Assembly: GCF_009914755.1 (NCBI RefSeq)
Contig: NC_060933.1
Length of the DNA: 64,000 nt
Strand: one strand, 5' to 3'
DNA from: the human T2T-CHM13v2.0 reference genome, Homo sapiens
This document shows, in pieces, positions 15,691 to 30,240 of the stretch. The notes beneath the pieces are model-generated. The model did not search any database. It was given only the letters and a program-made list of their open reading frames with translations, and was not told where the DNA came from. The translations under genes and the position numbers were made by a program. Within the stretch, counting starts at the first letter, position 1. Each line of letters begins with the position of its first letter.

Positions 15691-15929
15691 TAAGTTTCTC
15701 AAGGAGTGCCATCTTTGTTCAAAGTCAAAAAGGCACAATAAATTTTGTTGTAACTTCCATCTCTGTGAAATTTGCATACTGAAGGTTCATTTCCCTGAAC
15801 AAAGAAGGTATATCCCAAAGTAATTACTCATCTCTAGCCCCAAATAGAAAAGGAAAATGTTGACATAATTGAGCCTCTCTATTCTGTTACATCAGTTCTG
15901 GGGACACTAACTCTAGTTCAACTCTTAAT

Positions 15930-16052
15930 TAACAGATGGGGAAACTGAGGCCCAGAGGGTTGAGGGAACTTGTCTAAAGACAAAGAGCTAGGAGGTTGCA
16001 GATCCAGTGTGGAATCAGGTTGGCCTGACTCCTAATCCAGAACTCGTTCCAC
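15930..16052 (-). mobile_element. MIR fragment
   Basis: ACAGATGGGGAAACTGAGGCCCAGAG core. Confidence 0.75.
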
Positions 16053-17349
16053 TGTTCCCTCAAACTTAAGACTTCCTGATTATGGCCACAGGTCATAAGT
16101 AAGAATCATCACATTCAATCAACCAGTATTTTATTTGACTGTGATTTTCTTTGAGAACACAAATATATGTAAGATATAGATTCTGCCCTTAAAGCCCTTA
16201 TTATTTGTAGAAGGCAGTAAGATACACATAAAAAGTTACACTAAATTGTAGAAAATGCCATGTGACCCCTATAAGAAGCAGAGACTGTTGGAACAACTTG
16301 GCATCTGGGTAGCTCAACATCACTTTTGTTAGGGAGCAGGCGTTTGAGCTGACTCTTGGAAGGATTTGGACAGAGGGAGGAGATTGAGAAAGAGGAAAAA
16401 AAAAGAACACTTCTAGGTAGGGGCATCTGGGGAATTGAGATAGAAAGAATAGGCTGGATAGGAATTGGGAAAAGGCCTTTTAAGCAATGGAGTTAGCATA
16501 AGCTCAGGGTTAGAGGTGTGAAATGCTTAGCATGTTTTGGGAAAGGTTGCTGGTTATCCATCGTGTCCAAGAAGGGCTAGAATAATGAGGGAGGATGACT
16601 CCTTCACCACATAACTGGGTGATCAGTGGAAGCATGCTGACCAGGGAGCACTCCAGAATGGCTGGGTTTTGATAACTTCATACATCTCAGCTCTATCTTC
16701 TGGATTCATCTCTGGGCCATATCTCTCAGGCATTGTTTAGGGTACTGTGAGTAGATCAAAGTTTCTGCTCTTGGCTCCATCTTTACTGAATTTACAACTC
16801 AATCCAAGCTCTGTCTCCATAATACCAAATATCTTAATACAGTGTGACAAAGATACAGCATTGTTTGGGTCATTTCAGGAAGAACATCTGGATATTTGAA
16901 AATATCTGGACAGTTTGCCAAAGAAAAGTAAAATAATACTTTGTATCTCAGAGTTTAGTATTATGGGACATAGACAATGTCTGAGTCACCAGTATGTCTT
17001 TTAGAATTTGGGAAATGCATTCCTTTGAAAAGAGAAGAAAATTGTCACCAGTAGTCCCACTTCTGTCTCTTGTTCACTTTCATCTTTCCTATTTGTTGCA
17101 GATATGACAAGCAATTACCCTTGAAATGTTACAGAACTAGATGGTTCACCTCTAATTGCTATTTCTCTAGGGAGAAAAAAAATAGGCCATCCCTTCTGTT
17201 TATTTAAAATTTAGTTTATTCATAAACCTGATATATATTTATTAGGCCCCTTCCTAGTTTGAGGCCCCATGTGTAACTTGAGAACAGAGATGACCAAGAC
17301 ACATGCCCTACTTTGCAGGAGATCACTGTCTCATAACCACGTCATCTTG

Positions 17350-17699
17350 TTTTTTGTTTGTTTTTTGGTGTGTGTTTTGTTTTGTTTTGTTTTTTTGAGA
17401 TAGAGTCTCACTCTATAGCCCAGGCTGGAGTGCAGTGGCGTGATCTTGGCTCACTGCAGCCTGTCTGTCCTGGGTTCAAGCAGTCCTCCTGCCTCAGTCT
17501 CCTGAGTAGCTGAGTTTACGGGCATGAGCCACTATGCCTGGCTAAATTTTTTTTTTTTTCTTTTTTTTTTTTTATTTTTAGTAGAGACGGGGTTTCACCG
17601 TGATGGCCAGGCTGGTCTTGAGCTCCTGACCTCAGGTGACTTGCCTGCCTCAGCTTCCCAAAGTGCTGGGATTATAGGCATGAGCCACCGCACCTGGCC
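17350..17699 (-). mobile_element. AluS-like, full length
   Basis: Antisense Alu; TSD-like CACGTCATCTT/CAGGTCATCTT. Confidence 0.95.
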
Positions 17700-17724
17700 A
17701 TCAGGTCATCTTAACCTGATTTAA

Positions 17725-18153
17725 TCATGATTTCATTCGTTATTGCTGTTAAAATATTCTATTGTATGAATATGCTGCAATTTATTTGTTCTTTAATTGA
17801 TAGACAGCTGGTTGCTTCTGGTTTGGAGCTCTTATGAACAAAGGTGCTGTGAACATTCTAGAACATGGACTTGTAAAAATTCTGTTTAGAGTAGCTTTAA
17901 AAATAATCGCTGGTTTTGTTTTATTTTACTTTTTTGAGTTAAATTTGAATTTTCACATATGAATACACTCACATTCCTACCACCAGATCAAGGTATCGAA
18001 CACTCCCAATACCCTCAAAGGCTCTCTTATGCCCCCTCCCAGTCAACACTCCACTCCCCATAACCCCTGTTTGGACTTCAATCACTGCAGAGTAAGTCTC
18101 CTGTTCTTAAACTTCCTGTAAATATGATTATATACAAATGGCTTCTTTTGCCC
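17725..18153 (-). mobile_element. Old L1 (L1ME-like) 3' fragments, antisense
   Basis: AATATTCTATTGTATGAATA...GCTGTGAACATTC and CACCAGATCAAGGTATCGAACACTCCC...TGGCTTCTTTTGC motifs. Confidence 0.6.
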
Positions 18154-18577
18154 AAAAAAAAAAAAAAAAAAAAAAAAATACAGCTATGCAGCTGAAATAG
18201 GCAATTGCTGGCAGGGCCTTTTTTTTTTTTTTTTTTTAACTTCCACTCCTCTGGTGAGCAGACAGTTATCGAATCCATCTCTGTGAATGCTTGTTATGGA
18301 GTGAATGACTTGGAAGCCAACAAAGGTTGAAGGGAAGGCCAGCTGGACCACCTCCCAGGGCACCAATCCATGGGCCAAATTTCCTGGGCATGAATTGGAA
18401 ATATGGAGGTCATTTATTTAGAAATCTGGGTGCAACACTTTACTTAATTGGCAAAATGTAAATTGGTCCTTTTCTCACCCAAGACAAAACGTCTTTGAGT
18501 GGAAGTTTAAAAAAAAAAAAAAAAAAGGCCCTGCTAGCAATTGCCTATTTCAGCTGCATAGCTGCATATATTTTTTT
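18154..18577. repeat. Inverted duplication: arm 1 18154-18248, arm 2 18497-18577, 248-bp spacer
   Basis: A25-TACAGCTATGCAGCTGAAATAGGCAATTGCTGGCAGGGCC-T19-AACTTCCACTC is the reverse complement of GAGTGGAAGTTT-A18-GGCCCTGCTAGCAATTGCCTATTTCAGCTGCATAGCTGCA-TATA-T7, with 2 core mismatches. Confidence 0.97.
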
Positions 18578-18774
18578 GACATGTTCAGGCAAAAGCAGTC
18601 AGCTGAGACTCTGGAATCAAAGAGTTTGTTGATGTAGTGTTCTTTATCTTAGTGATTCATTTCATTATCTCAATTTAAGCCCTTTAGTAATTCTCTCAAA
18701 AAGTTACTTTGCTTCAGAAAATCACAAAAGACAACTGGAGGTAGTTTCAGAACCACAGAAAAATAGGAAATGTC

Positions 18775-18934
18775 TTTCTTTTTTTAGAGACTGGGTCTTG
18801 CTTTCTCACCCAGGCTAGAGAGCAGTGGGACAATCATAGTTCACTGCAGCCTCCAACTTCTGGGCTCAAGCAGTCCTCTCACTGAGGCCTTGCAATGTGC
18901 TGGGACTACAAGTGAGGGCCACCTTTCCTGGTCC
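18775..18934 (-). mobile_element. Alu monomer (FRAM/FAM-like)
   Basis: GAGACTGGGTCTTGC...CACTGCAGCCTCCAACTTCTGGGCTCAAGC. Confidence 0.85.
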
Positions 18935-19091
18935 TCCCCTCTTTTTTTTCTTTTCTTTTCTTTTTTTAAATGAACATAGAATCTCTTTTGGTCTTGGGAG
19001 TGAATTATCAGGAGACTCTTTTATTGAATATAATTTGTATTAAAAGAAAATAATTGTTTTTTTCATCCCCCTTAAAAAAAAGTTGAACATT

Positions 19092-19450
<359 letters not shown>

Positions 19451-19802
19451 TTACCCCCTACCCCAAGAAGATTAATGTAATCCTAACGGATTTTTCAATG
19501 AGGTGAGAACACATGGAAGAGAAAGTGGGCTTGCTCATTTCTGGTTAGAGGGGCAGCTGTGATTGGCAGAAGGGCCGAAGAAGATCAAGTTTGGGAAGGC
19601 AGGCTGCAGAGCGGTGCTTTTTTACCTTGCCTGCACTTTGGAATCGTATGAGCAGTCCCTAAGGCTGCTGATGGCTTGTAGACTGGGTATGGGTTGTGTT
19701 CAAGCTCCCCAGTTGATTACAGAAACAGCCAGGTGGAAGGTTGCTGCTTAGGAAATGGCCCAGCAGCTAGGAGAGGTATTTTTCCTGAAGAGGATTCCAG
19801 GG

Positions 19803-19990
19803 CCCTGGTTCTCAAAGTCTGTTCCCCAGACCAACAGCATCAACATCACTTGGGAACTCGTTAGAGAAGCATATTCCTGGGTTCCACCCCAGACCTGCTG
19901 AATCAGAAATCTAGGGATAGAGAGGCCCAGCAATCTGCATTTAATAGGCTCTCCAGGTGCTCCTCACACACTAAAGTTTGATAATGACTG
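19803..19990. mobile_element. MER5A (hAT-Charlie MITE)
   Basis: TGGTTCTCAAAGT...CAGCATCAACATCACTTGGGAACTCGTTAGA...CTGAATCAGAAA...AAAGTTTGA. Confidence 0.85.
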
Positions 19991-21574
19991 ATGTAAGGAA
20001 AGGTGGCCTTTATGAGAAGCTGGGGAGGGGAAAGCAATGTAATGGTGATGCAAGGGAGTGAGGCACGCTCCCATCAGGTTGCAGAGACAGCAACCTGGAA
20101 GGACTTTCCCTAAGGAACAGACAACAAACACAAGGGGAGTACTCGAGGGGAATGAAAGCAAGATCTAGAAAGGTCAGACTTCACACAGAATGATGCCAAC
20201 TGGTCCTCTTCCTCACCTAGGAACCTGCCATTGCCTCTTGGCTACACTTAGGGCACTTAGAGCAGTTTTCTCAGCTAAGTGGCTGATGGTGAATGTGACA
20301 CACTTTGTGCAGGGGGCTCTGGGCTGCTGTGGTGGTCTGAGAAACAAGGCCAGGGTTTCCCCTTGCAGTAGAAAGAGGGGATTCATGTCCCTATTCTGCA
20401 GTTGTTCCGCCCCAGTGCAGCAAGGATGACCTCTTTGCTTTCTGTCTTGCTTTCACTTCTGCCTTCCCCTCTGACTCACACACAGCACGGTGGCTCTGAG
20501 GACAGTTGTCCTTTTCCTTGGAAGAGTCAGAGATTTAGAATTAATGACTTTATGGAGGGCATAGTGAAGGTGAACTCTGCACCAGGGAATTTGTTTGGCT
20601 TACTTGATATAGTACCATTTAACAAATATTTCTAGTGTGCCTACTCTGCATCAGAACTTGGGCCAGTCGCACCAGGAAAACAGAGAGAGGACACACAGGC
20701 CTGGCCTTTAGGAAGCTTATGAAGATATTTGCTGGTGGAGGAGAAAAATCATAGATCAATGTCTTCTGCCTGAAAGGTGCTATCATTAGAGCAATCTTTT
20801 AGGTTTATACACAGATCAGGACATGTTTGATAGCAAAAGTGTGAGCTACTAACAGTTATGCTAAGAAAACAGGCATCAAGTGAGATTCTCCGGGAAGACT
20901 CAACTGGAAGCATGGCCATCATCGCCATGCTGTGCAGAGCCTGCAGTGTTGGCCAGTAGTGGTTTAGCCCACAACCTAGGGCTAAACCCCACTTTGTGTG
21001 TTGCCCCTCCGAAGCTCCCTCGTATGTACCACACTTCACCCCATACCAGCTTTTAGAATTAGCAGCTATTGTAGAGGGAGGCAGCATGTCCCACCCCATA
21101 CGGAGTACCATGCCACTCCTGTGAGGACCCAGCTGTGGTTCTGACCCTCAGGTGTAATGCCCAGGCTTCTTTCTTGGCCACCGTCCCAGCTCTCCTTCAT
21201 ATTCTGAGTGTGCAACACTGGGCATGTTACAAAATTTCTTGGATCCTCATCTCTTTCATCCATTAAATGGTACTCCAATTTTATAGAAATTTGTTGGATC
21301 TGGAGGGTCCATTTACGCTGGTTTTCGGTAGACATCTTTTCTCCTCTTAAGGTCAAAGTTAAATGCCTGCATTATTATTATACTGTGTCTTTTGTGAAGA
21401 TGTCCACTGAATTTGGACGTCAATTTCCCCCACTTAATGCCTACACACGATGTGTGAGCATCACTAAAACTGACCTAAAATTATTTTTCTGGTTCCAACA
21501 AACATTTCTTGAGTGCTACGTTCCAGGCAGTGAACTAGGTGCTCTAGCACTTTCAAGCTCTTTTATCTTTTTAA

Positions 21575-21892
21575 ATTTTAATTAATTCATAAATTAATTT
21601 ATGTATTTTTGAGACAGATCTCACTCTGTCACCCAGGCAGGAGTGCAGTGCCTCCATCTCAGGTCACTGCAACCTCCGCCTCCCGGGTTCAAGTGATTCT
21701 TGTGCCTCAGCCTCCTGAGTAGGTGGGATTACAGGCAAGTGCCACCACGCCTGGCTAATTTTTATGTTTTTAGTAAAGACGAGGTTTCTTCATGTTAGCC
21801 AGGCTGGTCCTGAACTCCTGGCCTCAAGTGATCTGCCCACCTCAGCCTCCCAAAGTGCTGGGATTACAGGCATGAACCACTGCACCCAGGCC
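21575..21892 (-). mobile_element. AluS-like
   Basis: Antisense dimeric Alu; TSD-like TCTTTTATC. Confidence 0.93.
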
Positions 21893-22109
21893 TTCTTTTA
21901 TCCATTAAAAAAAATGTATTGCATCTATTTAACATTTTTTATCTTAAGCCTCACAATGACCTTATGATGTAAATGATAATTAAGCTCATTTTACAGATGA
22001 GGTAAAACAACTTCCCCAAGATACACACTGCAGACAGCAAGTCTGGGTCTTCTGACTCCCCATCAGGCACCTGATCCAAGACTTCACAGCTACAAAATCA
22101 AGAGACAAG

Positions 22110-22401
22110 GGCTGGGTGCAGTGGCTCACGCCTATAATCCCAGGACTTTGGGAGGCTGAGGCGGGCAGATCACGAGGTCAGGAGATCGAGACCATCCTGG
22201 CTAACACGGTGAAACCCTGTCTCTACTAAAAATACAAAAAAATTAGCCAGGCGTGGTGGCGGGTGCCTGTAGTCCCAGCTACTCAGGAGGCCGAGGCAGG
22301 AGAATGGCGTGAACCCAGGAGGTGGAGCTTGCAGTGAGCCAAGATCCGGCCACTGCTCTCCAGCCTGGGTGACAGAGCAAGGCTCCGTCTCAAAAAAAAA
22401 G
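22110..22401 (+). mobile_element. AluY, full length
   Basis: Y diagnostics GAGATCGAGACCATCCTGGCTAACACGG, GAATGGCGTGAACC, GGAGCTTGCAG; perfect TSD AAAATCAAGAGACAAG. Confidence 0.95.
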
Positions 22402-22559
22402 AAAATCAAGAGACAAGAATAGAAAGATCATAATTTTGAAAGGACTTACTTAAGTACATTACAAAATTCTTTATCACGCTGACATGCTAGGGAGAATCAC
22501 TTGTCTTAATAAAAGCACCATGCCATGGCCAAAAAAATATATAAAATAGCAAAGTCTCA

Positions 22560-22980
22560 TAATCTCTTAATATTGGTATCACCTGGCAGCTTGTTAGAAC
22601 TGGAGAACCTCAGGCCCTATTTTGCACCTACTGAATCAGAATCTGCATTTTAACAAAACCCCTAGATCTTTAAAAATGTCAAAGTCTGAAAGGCACTCTG
22701 GTTTTCATAGGCACAGGAGAGACCCTTCTAAGGGATCTTAGAAAGTTAGAGGTAGGACAAGGGAACTGATTTAATTAGCAGTGTTAGATAGACTAATCAA
22801 TCCTGGCCGAATGAAATAAACATCTGGGAAGTTTTTTGTTTGTTTGTTTGTTTGTTTTTTAATGCCTTTCAAGCCCCACCCCATACCAATTCCATTAGAT
22901 TCTCTGGGACTGGGCCCGGGTTGGTATTTTAAAAATTCCCCAGGTGATTCCTACGTGCAGCCGTGGGTAGGGAGTATTGA
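22560..22980. mobile_element. Two MER5-family fragments
   Basis: TCACCTGGCAGCTTGTTAGA...ACTGAATCAGAATCTGCATTTTAACAA and TTCCCCAGGTGATTCC..TGCAGCC. Confidence 0.65.
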
Positions 22981-23916
22981 CCGACTGGGTTCTAGGCATT
23001 TTTCACTTGATCTCATTTAATACTAAAAAAAAAAATCAACTTATTTTGCTCATTTTGCATATAAGACAACTGAGGTTGCAAGCAGACCAGCAGTGAGTAA
23101 ATTGTAGAGCTGGAATTCTAGCCCAGATCTCTCTGGCCCCAAGTCCTGAGTCCTGACCGACTCAGGGAAATAAGCTGCCTCTGGCTGGCTACTTACCCAG
23201 GGTTCTTCCGAACCCTTCCAAACTCTCCCACATCTCCACTTAGCTGCATGTTTCATTCTTCAAGGCCAATTTTCTCAGCAAAGCAGTTTCCCATCACCTG
23301 AATCCAAACTGATGTCTTTCTGCCGCACTCCTGCCATGCTCAGTCATGGACAGCTGGTGACCTCTTAGTGGCTCAGAGTTGAAGTGTATGAAAATGTCCC
23401 ACCCAGCCCAGGGGGCCAGCAGGTCCTTTCTGTGCTCAGAGCAGACAAGCACCACAGACAAGCACCCTGCCAATCAATTGCTGATTATCTCATCTCATGC
23501 AATCCACTCCTGACTTTGCTCATTTCCAAACATCAGAAACCTTTCCTGGAGGCAACTTCCCATCCCCTCACCAGCAAGGGCCTGTTGCATGACTGTTGCT
23601 CCACAGATCCAGTTTTTGAAAAGAGTTTGACCACCAGACAAATAATATTTAGTGAATGATGGTTGATTTTACTTTAAAAATCAATCACATCACTCAGAGT
23701 TCCTTTCACCTGAGAGCTAACCAGAGCTTCAGGCTGATTTGATGCACTTTATACCTCTTGGCCTGGACTTCTGGCATGTTTTTCATTTCCGAACATCCTT
23801 CCTCCCTATTGCCCTGTCTTCTCCTAGCCACTTCACACTTTAGCTCCAATCAATGCCAGTTGCTCTGGGAATTGATCCCAAATTCCTAGGCTATGTTGAT
23901 GCAACTCCTTTGTGTC

Positions 23917-24277
23917 TCTATTAGTCTGTTCTCACACTGCTAATAAAGACATAACTAAGACTAGGTAATTTATAAAGGAATGAGGTTTAATAGACTCAGT
24001 TCCACATGGCTGGGGAGGCCTCACAATCATGGCGGAAGACAAGGGAGGAAAAAAGACACATCTTACATGGTGGCAGACAAGAGAGTGTGTGCAGGGGAAC
24101 TGCCCTTTATAAAACCATCAGATCTCATGAGACTTATTCACTATCACGATAACAGCACTGGAAAGACCTGCCCCCATTATTCAATTATCTCCCATGGGTC
24201 CCTCCCACTACATGTGGGAATTATGGGAGCTACAATTCAAGATGAGATTTGGGTGGGGATACAGCCAAACCATATCA
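23917..24277 (-). mobile_element. THE1B-like solo LTR (MaLR)
   Basis: Reverse complement of TGATATGGTTTGGCTGT...GACTAATA; TSD GTGTC/GTATC. Confidence 0.93.
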
Positions 24278-24722
24278 GTATCCCACAGCAGCAAAGTCCC
24301 TCTGTTCATTAATGATCATTTTTTTTTGTATCTTAATTATCTTTTAGTAAATGAAGTAATACTTGTTTAGCACCTAATACTTGCCTGGCCCATTATAAGG
24401 GTTCAATAAACTTTAACTACAATTATTTTTTATCTATATCGTCTGCCCTTCCTCACCTCCAGCAAGCATTCTTTGAGTGCTAACTATCTTCCAGACACTG
24501 AAATAGGAGCGTACCAAGGCTCTTTTATCTTAAGCACTACTATAATCTTGTATGTCCTGCTAGGCCTATTTTACAGGTGAGGCCAAACAAATTCTTCAAG
24601 CTACATAACTCAGAAACAGCAAGACCGTTTCTGCCCTGAGATAAGGAGCAAGCAACTTGAGGCAAAGACTTAGCTCACAATCACAGAGAGCAAGCCTGGA
24701 CTCATGAAATAATTTGGGGATT

Positions 24723-25277
<555 letters not shown>

Positions 25278-25779
25278 AGAGGACATCCATACAAGGCAGG
25301 ATTTGACTTGATACGCAACGTAGTCACTCACTGCCTGCTCCCCTGGCTCAGTGTGGGTTTGTATTAATAAACTTCATGGTCACATCTCAGGCCTTTCTGC
25401 TTCTCAGTAACTTGTTCAGGCTTCCCCTGCTCTGTGAAACCCTGATCAGTACCCAGCCCTCTCCTTCTGCCCAGGGCCTGGTCAGGGCTATTTAGCACCA
25501 AAAATGTGTTGAGTAATGCTCCCCAATGTCCTCCAAGGCAAAGACTTTGGCTTTCTTTTTTTTTCTTTTTTCTTTTTTTTTTGCCCATGCAGCCTTTTGG
25601 AGGATAAATGAACACATTCCTTTGGACTTTGTAAAATGCTGATGAAAACTTCTGGATCTCATGTCACCTTGGCACAATCCTTCCTGGCCTATTGCCTTCA
25701 GTTGCCTACTGTCCTCATGCCAGCTGGGATCTGGAATATCAATGCATGTCATAATTGGCCTGTGTTTAGCACTTATTAT

Positions 25780-26218
25780 TGTGAGAAACCCAAAGAATGG
25801 ACTTAGAGGCACAAAGAACAGCAAAAGTGAGACTTTTAATAATAGTCTTGCAAGATCGGGTGTCTGGTAGACAGGCACACACAGGCAGCTACAGAAGATA
25901 ATTTATCTTTTAGCATGCAAGTCCCTCCCCCAGTTCCTTATTGGTTGAGTACTATGGGGTTACAATTTTCCTGGATGTTGCCTAAGTTTCATTACACCCC
26001 TTGTAAGGTTAGACCCCATCCCCTTTCCCGCTTAAGTTTTGATTTCACAATAACAAAACTTTTTTCCCTTTTATGGACTGACCCCTCCTCTACATTCTGT
26101 TTGCTTATTGTGACCTCCTAGGTGCATGAGCCATTTGGTTTGTCACATTCGCAGGCTGGCTGCCAGTACTTACATTTATCATGCCTTGAAAATGGACCAT
26201 TTTAAATGTTTTCTCACA
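25780..26218 (-). mobile_element. ERV solo LTR (LTR47-like, family uncertain)
   Basis: Inverted termini TGTGAGAAA...TTTCTCACA; TTAT duplicated on both sides; ~440 bp; splits a MIR. Confidence 0.7.
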
Positions 26219-26254
26219 TTATGTAACAGGCACCACCTAAGATCTTTACATACA

Positions 26255-26559
26255 CAGTTGTACCTTGGTATCCATGGGGGATTGGTTCTAGGATCCCCCC
26301 GAGGATACCAAAATTCATGGATGCTCAAATCCCTGGTATAAGATGGTGTAGTATTTGCATACAACCTATGCACATCCTCCAGGATACTGTAAATCATCTC
26401 TAGATTACTTACAATACCTAATGCAATGTACATGCCATGTAAATACTTGTTCTTTTTTTTTAATTGTTGTATTTTTTTATTTACTTTTTTTCAAATATTT
26501 TTGATCTGCAGATGGTTCAATCCGGGGATACAGAACCAATGGATACTGAAAGTCAACTG
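26255..26559. mobile_element. MER2 (TcMar-Tigger)
   Basis: CAGTTG...GTATCCATGGGGGATTGGTTCTAGGA...GGATGCTCAAATCCC...CAACTG. Confidence 0.85.
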
Positions 26560-26877
26560 TATTTACCCAGTTAATCCTCATAACAAACTTATGAGATGAC
26601 TATTACTATTAATCCCATTTCACAGATGAGAAAACTTGGGCAAAGAAAGAAAAGTAATCCTTGAAGAGTCACATAGTTAATAAATGGAATAGCTGAGATT
26701 GGAACCCAGGCAGTCTGGCTCTGGAGCCCACTTTCTGTCTACTACTATCTCTTCCTGCTGCTGGTAGATGAGTCCTTAAGCCATTGAGGAAAGCCTGGGA
26801 AGTTGCTTTATTTTACTCTAGCTTGGGGTGGGTTTATATGAAATGAACTATGTTGAGGATGGAACTGTAAACTCCTC

Positions 26878-27632
26878 TGTTATAGGTTGAATGGTGGCCC
26901 CCTAACATTTATATGTTGAAGCCCTAACCCTCAGTTTCTCAGAATGTGACTGTATTTGGAGACAGAGTCTTTAAAGAGGTAATTAAGTTAAAATAAGTCC
27001 ATTAGGGTGGGCTCCAATTCAATATGATTGGTGTCCTTACAAGAAGAGAGAATTTGGACACAGGTACAAAGGGAAGACCGTGTGAAGACATAGGAAGAAG
27101 ATGGCTATCTTGGTCCCTTTGGGCTGCTATAACAAAATACCATAGACTGGTATTTACAGCAGAAATTTATTTCTCACATTTCTGGAGGCTGGGAAGTCCA
27201 AGATCAAGGCATCAGCAGATTCAGTGTCTCGTGAGGGCCCACTTTCTAGTTCACTGACAACACCTTCTTGCTGTGGCTTCATGTAGTAGAAAGGATGAGA
27301 AGTCTCTCTGGAGCCTCTTTTACAAGGGCACTAATCCCATTCACAAGGGCTCCACCCTCATAACCTAGTCACTTTCCAAAGTCTCCACTTCCAAATACCA
27401 TCACCTTGAAAATTAGGATTTCAGCATATGAATTGGGGGTGGGAGAGGTATACAAATAAAAACCATAGCAACAGCTATCTACAAGCCACAGAGAGAGGTC
27501 ACAGAATGAAGCAACCTTGCCGACACCTTGTTCTCAGACTTGTAGCCTCCAGCGCTGTGAGAAAATAATTACCATTGTTTAAGCCATCCAGTTGATGATA
27601 TTTTGTTATGGCAGCCCTAGAAAACTAATACA
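26878..27632 (+). mobile_element. MLT1B/C LTR interrupted by a nested MLT1A
   Basis: TGTTATAGGTTGAAT...CAGAATGTGACTGTATTTGGAGA...GGCAGCCCTAGAAAACTAATACA. Confidence 0.85.
27106..27470 (-). mobile_element. MLT1A-like LTR nested in opposite orientation
   Basis: GGGCTGCTATAACAAAATACCATAGACTGG...GGAGGCTGGGAAGTCCAAGATCAAGG...ACCATAGCA. Confidence 0.85.
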
Positions 27633-28019
27633 ATCTCCAAAGCATAGATCCAAGTGAGATACAGAAATGCTTGGAAAACATGCTTGGGCTGAAGCTTGCT
27701 GACACATTGCTTGCTCCTTCAGCCTCTCTCATTAGAGCTGCAGCCAATGCCCCTCCGAGACTCCAAGGAGCAAGGGAGCAGTCATCTGTGGTCACAGTTT
27801 TCTTTTCTCATCTCCCTGGAATGCATATTCTCTGCCCCTTTCTACCCCTGTCAACCTTGTTAGGCCTCCATTACCTTTGCCTGGATGACTGTGCCATTGG
27901 TCAGCCTGCCCTTCTTCCTCCCATGCACTTCATTCAAAGCTTTCAGTTTAATTTTCTGAAAACATAGCTCTAATCATGGAAGTCATGCTCCTACTCTAAA
28001 ACCTTTCTTGGCTCTCCGT

Positions 28020-28328
28020 TTCTTTTTTTTTCTTTTTTCTTTTTCTTTTTTCGATGGAGTCTTGCTCTGTTGCCCAGGCTGGAGTGCAGTGGCGCGATCT
28101 CGGCTCACTGCAAGCTCCGCCCCTCCAAGTTTAAGCAATTCTCTGCCTCAGTCTCCAGAGTAGCTGGGATTACAGGCGCATGCCACCACGCCCAGCTAAT
28201 TTTTTTTTTTAGTAGAGATGGGGTTTCATCATCTTGGCCAGGCTGGTCTTGAACTCCTGACCTCGTGATCCACCCGCCTCGGCCTCCCAAAGTGCTGGGA
28301 TTACAGGCGTGAGCCACTGCGCCCGGCC
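28020..28328 (-). mobile_element. AluS-like, inside an L2-like fragment
   Basis: Antisense Alu; TSD-like GCTCTCCGTTTCT/GCTCTCAATTTCT. Confidence 0.93.
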
Positions 28329-28690
28329 AGCTCTCAATTTCTTAAAGAGCAAAACCAAATTCCTCAGCTTGCTTTGATCTGCCACACATCCAGGACTCAG
28401 TGGGACCTGACACTCCATCTCTTTCCATACCCATCACTGGGGTTCAAAGGCAACCACCTGCAATACCTCTCATGTTCCTACTGCTTTCCTGTCCCTATAC
28501 CTTTGCTCACTCTGTTCCCTCTTCCTAGAATGCCCTTCTCTCCCTTTGCATGTTTGAATCCTATTGATTTCCCAAGCACAGCTGAAATTCCATCTCCTCC
28601 ATGAGGCATTTGCATCCCTGGCTGTTATCTCTTCCTTTTCTCAGATCTCACCACATCATCTCTCATGGCTCCTAAGTTCTTTACATTATA

Positions 28691-29395
28691 TCGTTGACCT
28701 TTGAACAACACAGAGGCTAGGGGCACCGAATCCCCACACAGTTGAAAATTCCCATATAATTTTTGAGTCTCTAAAAACTTAACTGCTAATAGCCTACTAT
28801 TGACCAGAAGCCTTTTTGGTAACATAATCAGTAAATTAATATCTATTTTGTATGTTACATTATTATATATCACATTCTTAATTCCAAAGTAAGCTAGAGA
28901 AAATAAAATGTTATTAAGAATCATAAAGAAGAGGCTGGGCCTGGTGGCTCACTCCTGTAATCCTAGCACTTTTGCAGTCCAAAGTGTATTACTTGAGGAC
29001 AGGAGCTCAATACCAGCCTGGCCAACATGGTGAAACCCCATCTCCATTAAAAATGCAAAAATTAGCCAGACGTGCTCGCCTGAACCCAGGAGGCAGAAGT
29101 TGCAGTGAACCAAGATTGTGCCACTGTACTCCAGCCTGAGTGACAGAGCAATACTCAGTCTCAAAAAAAAAAAAAAAAAAAAAAAGGATCATAAAGAAGA
29201 GAATGTATTTATTTCTTAAGTGGAAGTGGATCATCATAAATGTATTTATTCTCAATGTCTTCATATTAATTAGGCTGGGGAAGAGAAGGAAGAGAAGGGG
29301 TTGATCTTGCTGTCTTAGAGATGGCAGAGGTAGAAGAAAATCCACATGTAAGTGGACCTATGCAGTTTAAACCCATGTTGTTCGAGGGTCTGCTG
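28691..29395. mobile_element. Tigger2a-like DNA transposon interrupted by an Alu
   Basis: TIR-like GTTGACCTTTGAACAACA ... TGTTGTTCGAGGGTCTGCTG followed by TA. Confidence 0.75.
28933..29185 (+). mobile_element. Alu with internal deletion in the right arm
   Basis: TTAGCCAGACGTG joins directly to CTCGCCTGAACCC; TSD ATCATAAAGAAGA. Confidence 0.9.
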
Positions 29396-29692
29396 TAGTT
29401 ATTTATGCATGTGCTCCACCCTAAACCCCTCCCACATTTGCATACCTATGGGGTGCTTTCTGGAAGGGAAGCAGCATGGTGGCTTAGAAAGGGAATGACA
29501 CATAGAGCTAGAGAACCTGTGTGTCCAATCCTGTGTCAGCCAATTGTTAACCACAGTAGGATGGGGACCCTTATCCCTTAAAGCTTGAGTAGCCAGCACA
29601 TAGGAATTCAGAAAAATCATCTATAAGCAGGTGGGCAAATCATTTCATCTATCTGAGGCTTAGCTTCTTCATCGATAAAATGGGGAAAAGGA

Positions 29693-30240
<548 letters not shown>

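Noticed and set aside
17060-17170. Strong acceptor-like site at 17101
   Set aside because: No convincing downstream donor or open frame, so it cannot support an exon on its own.
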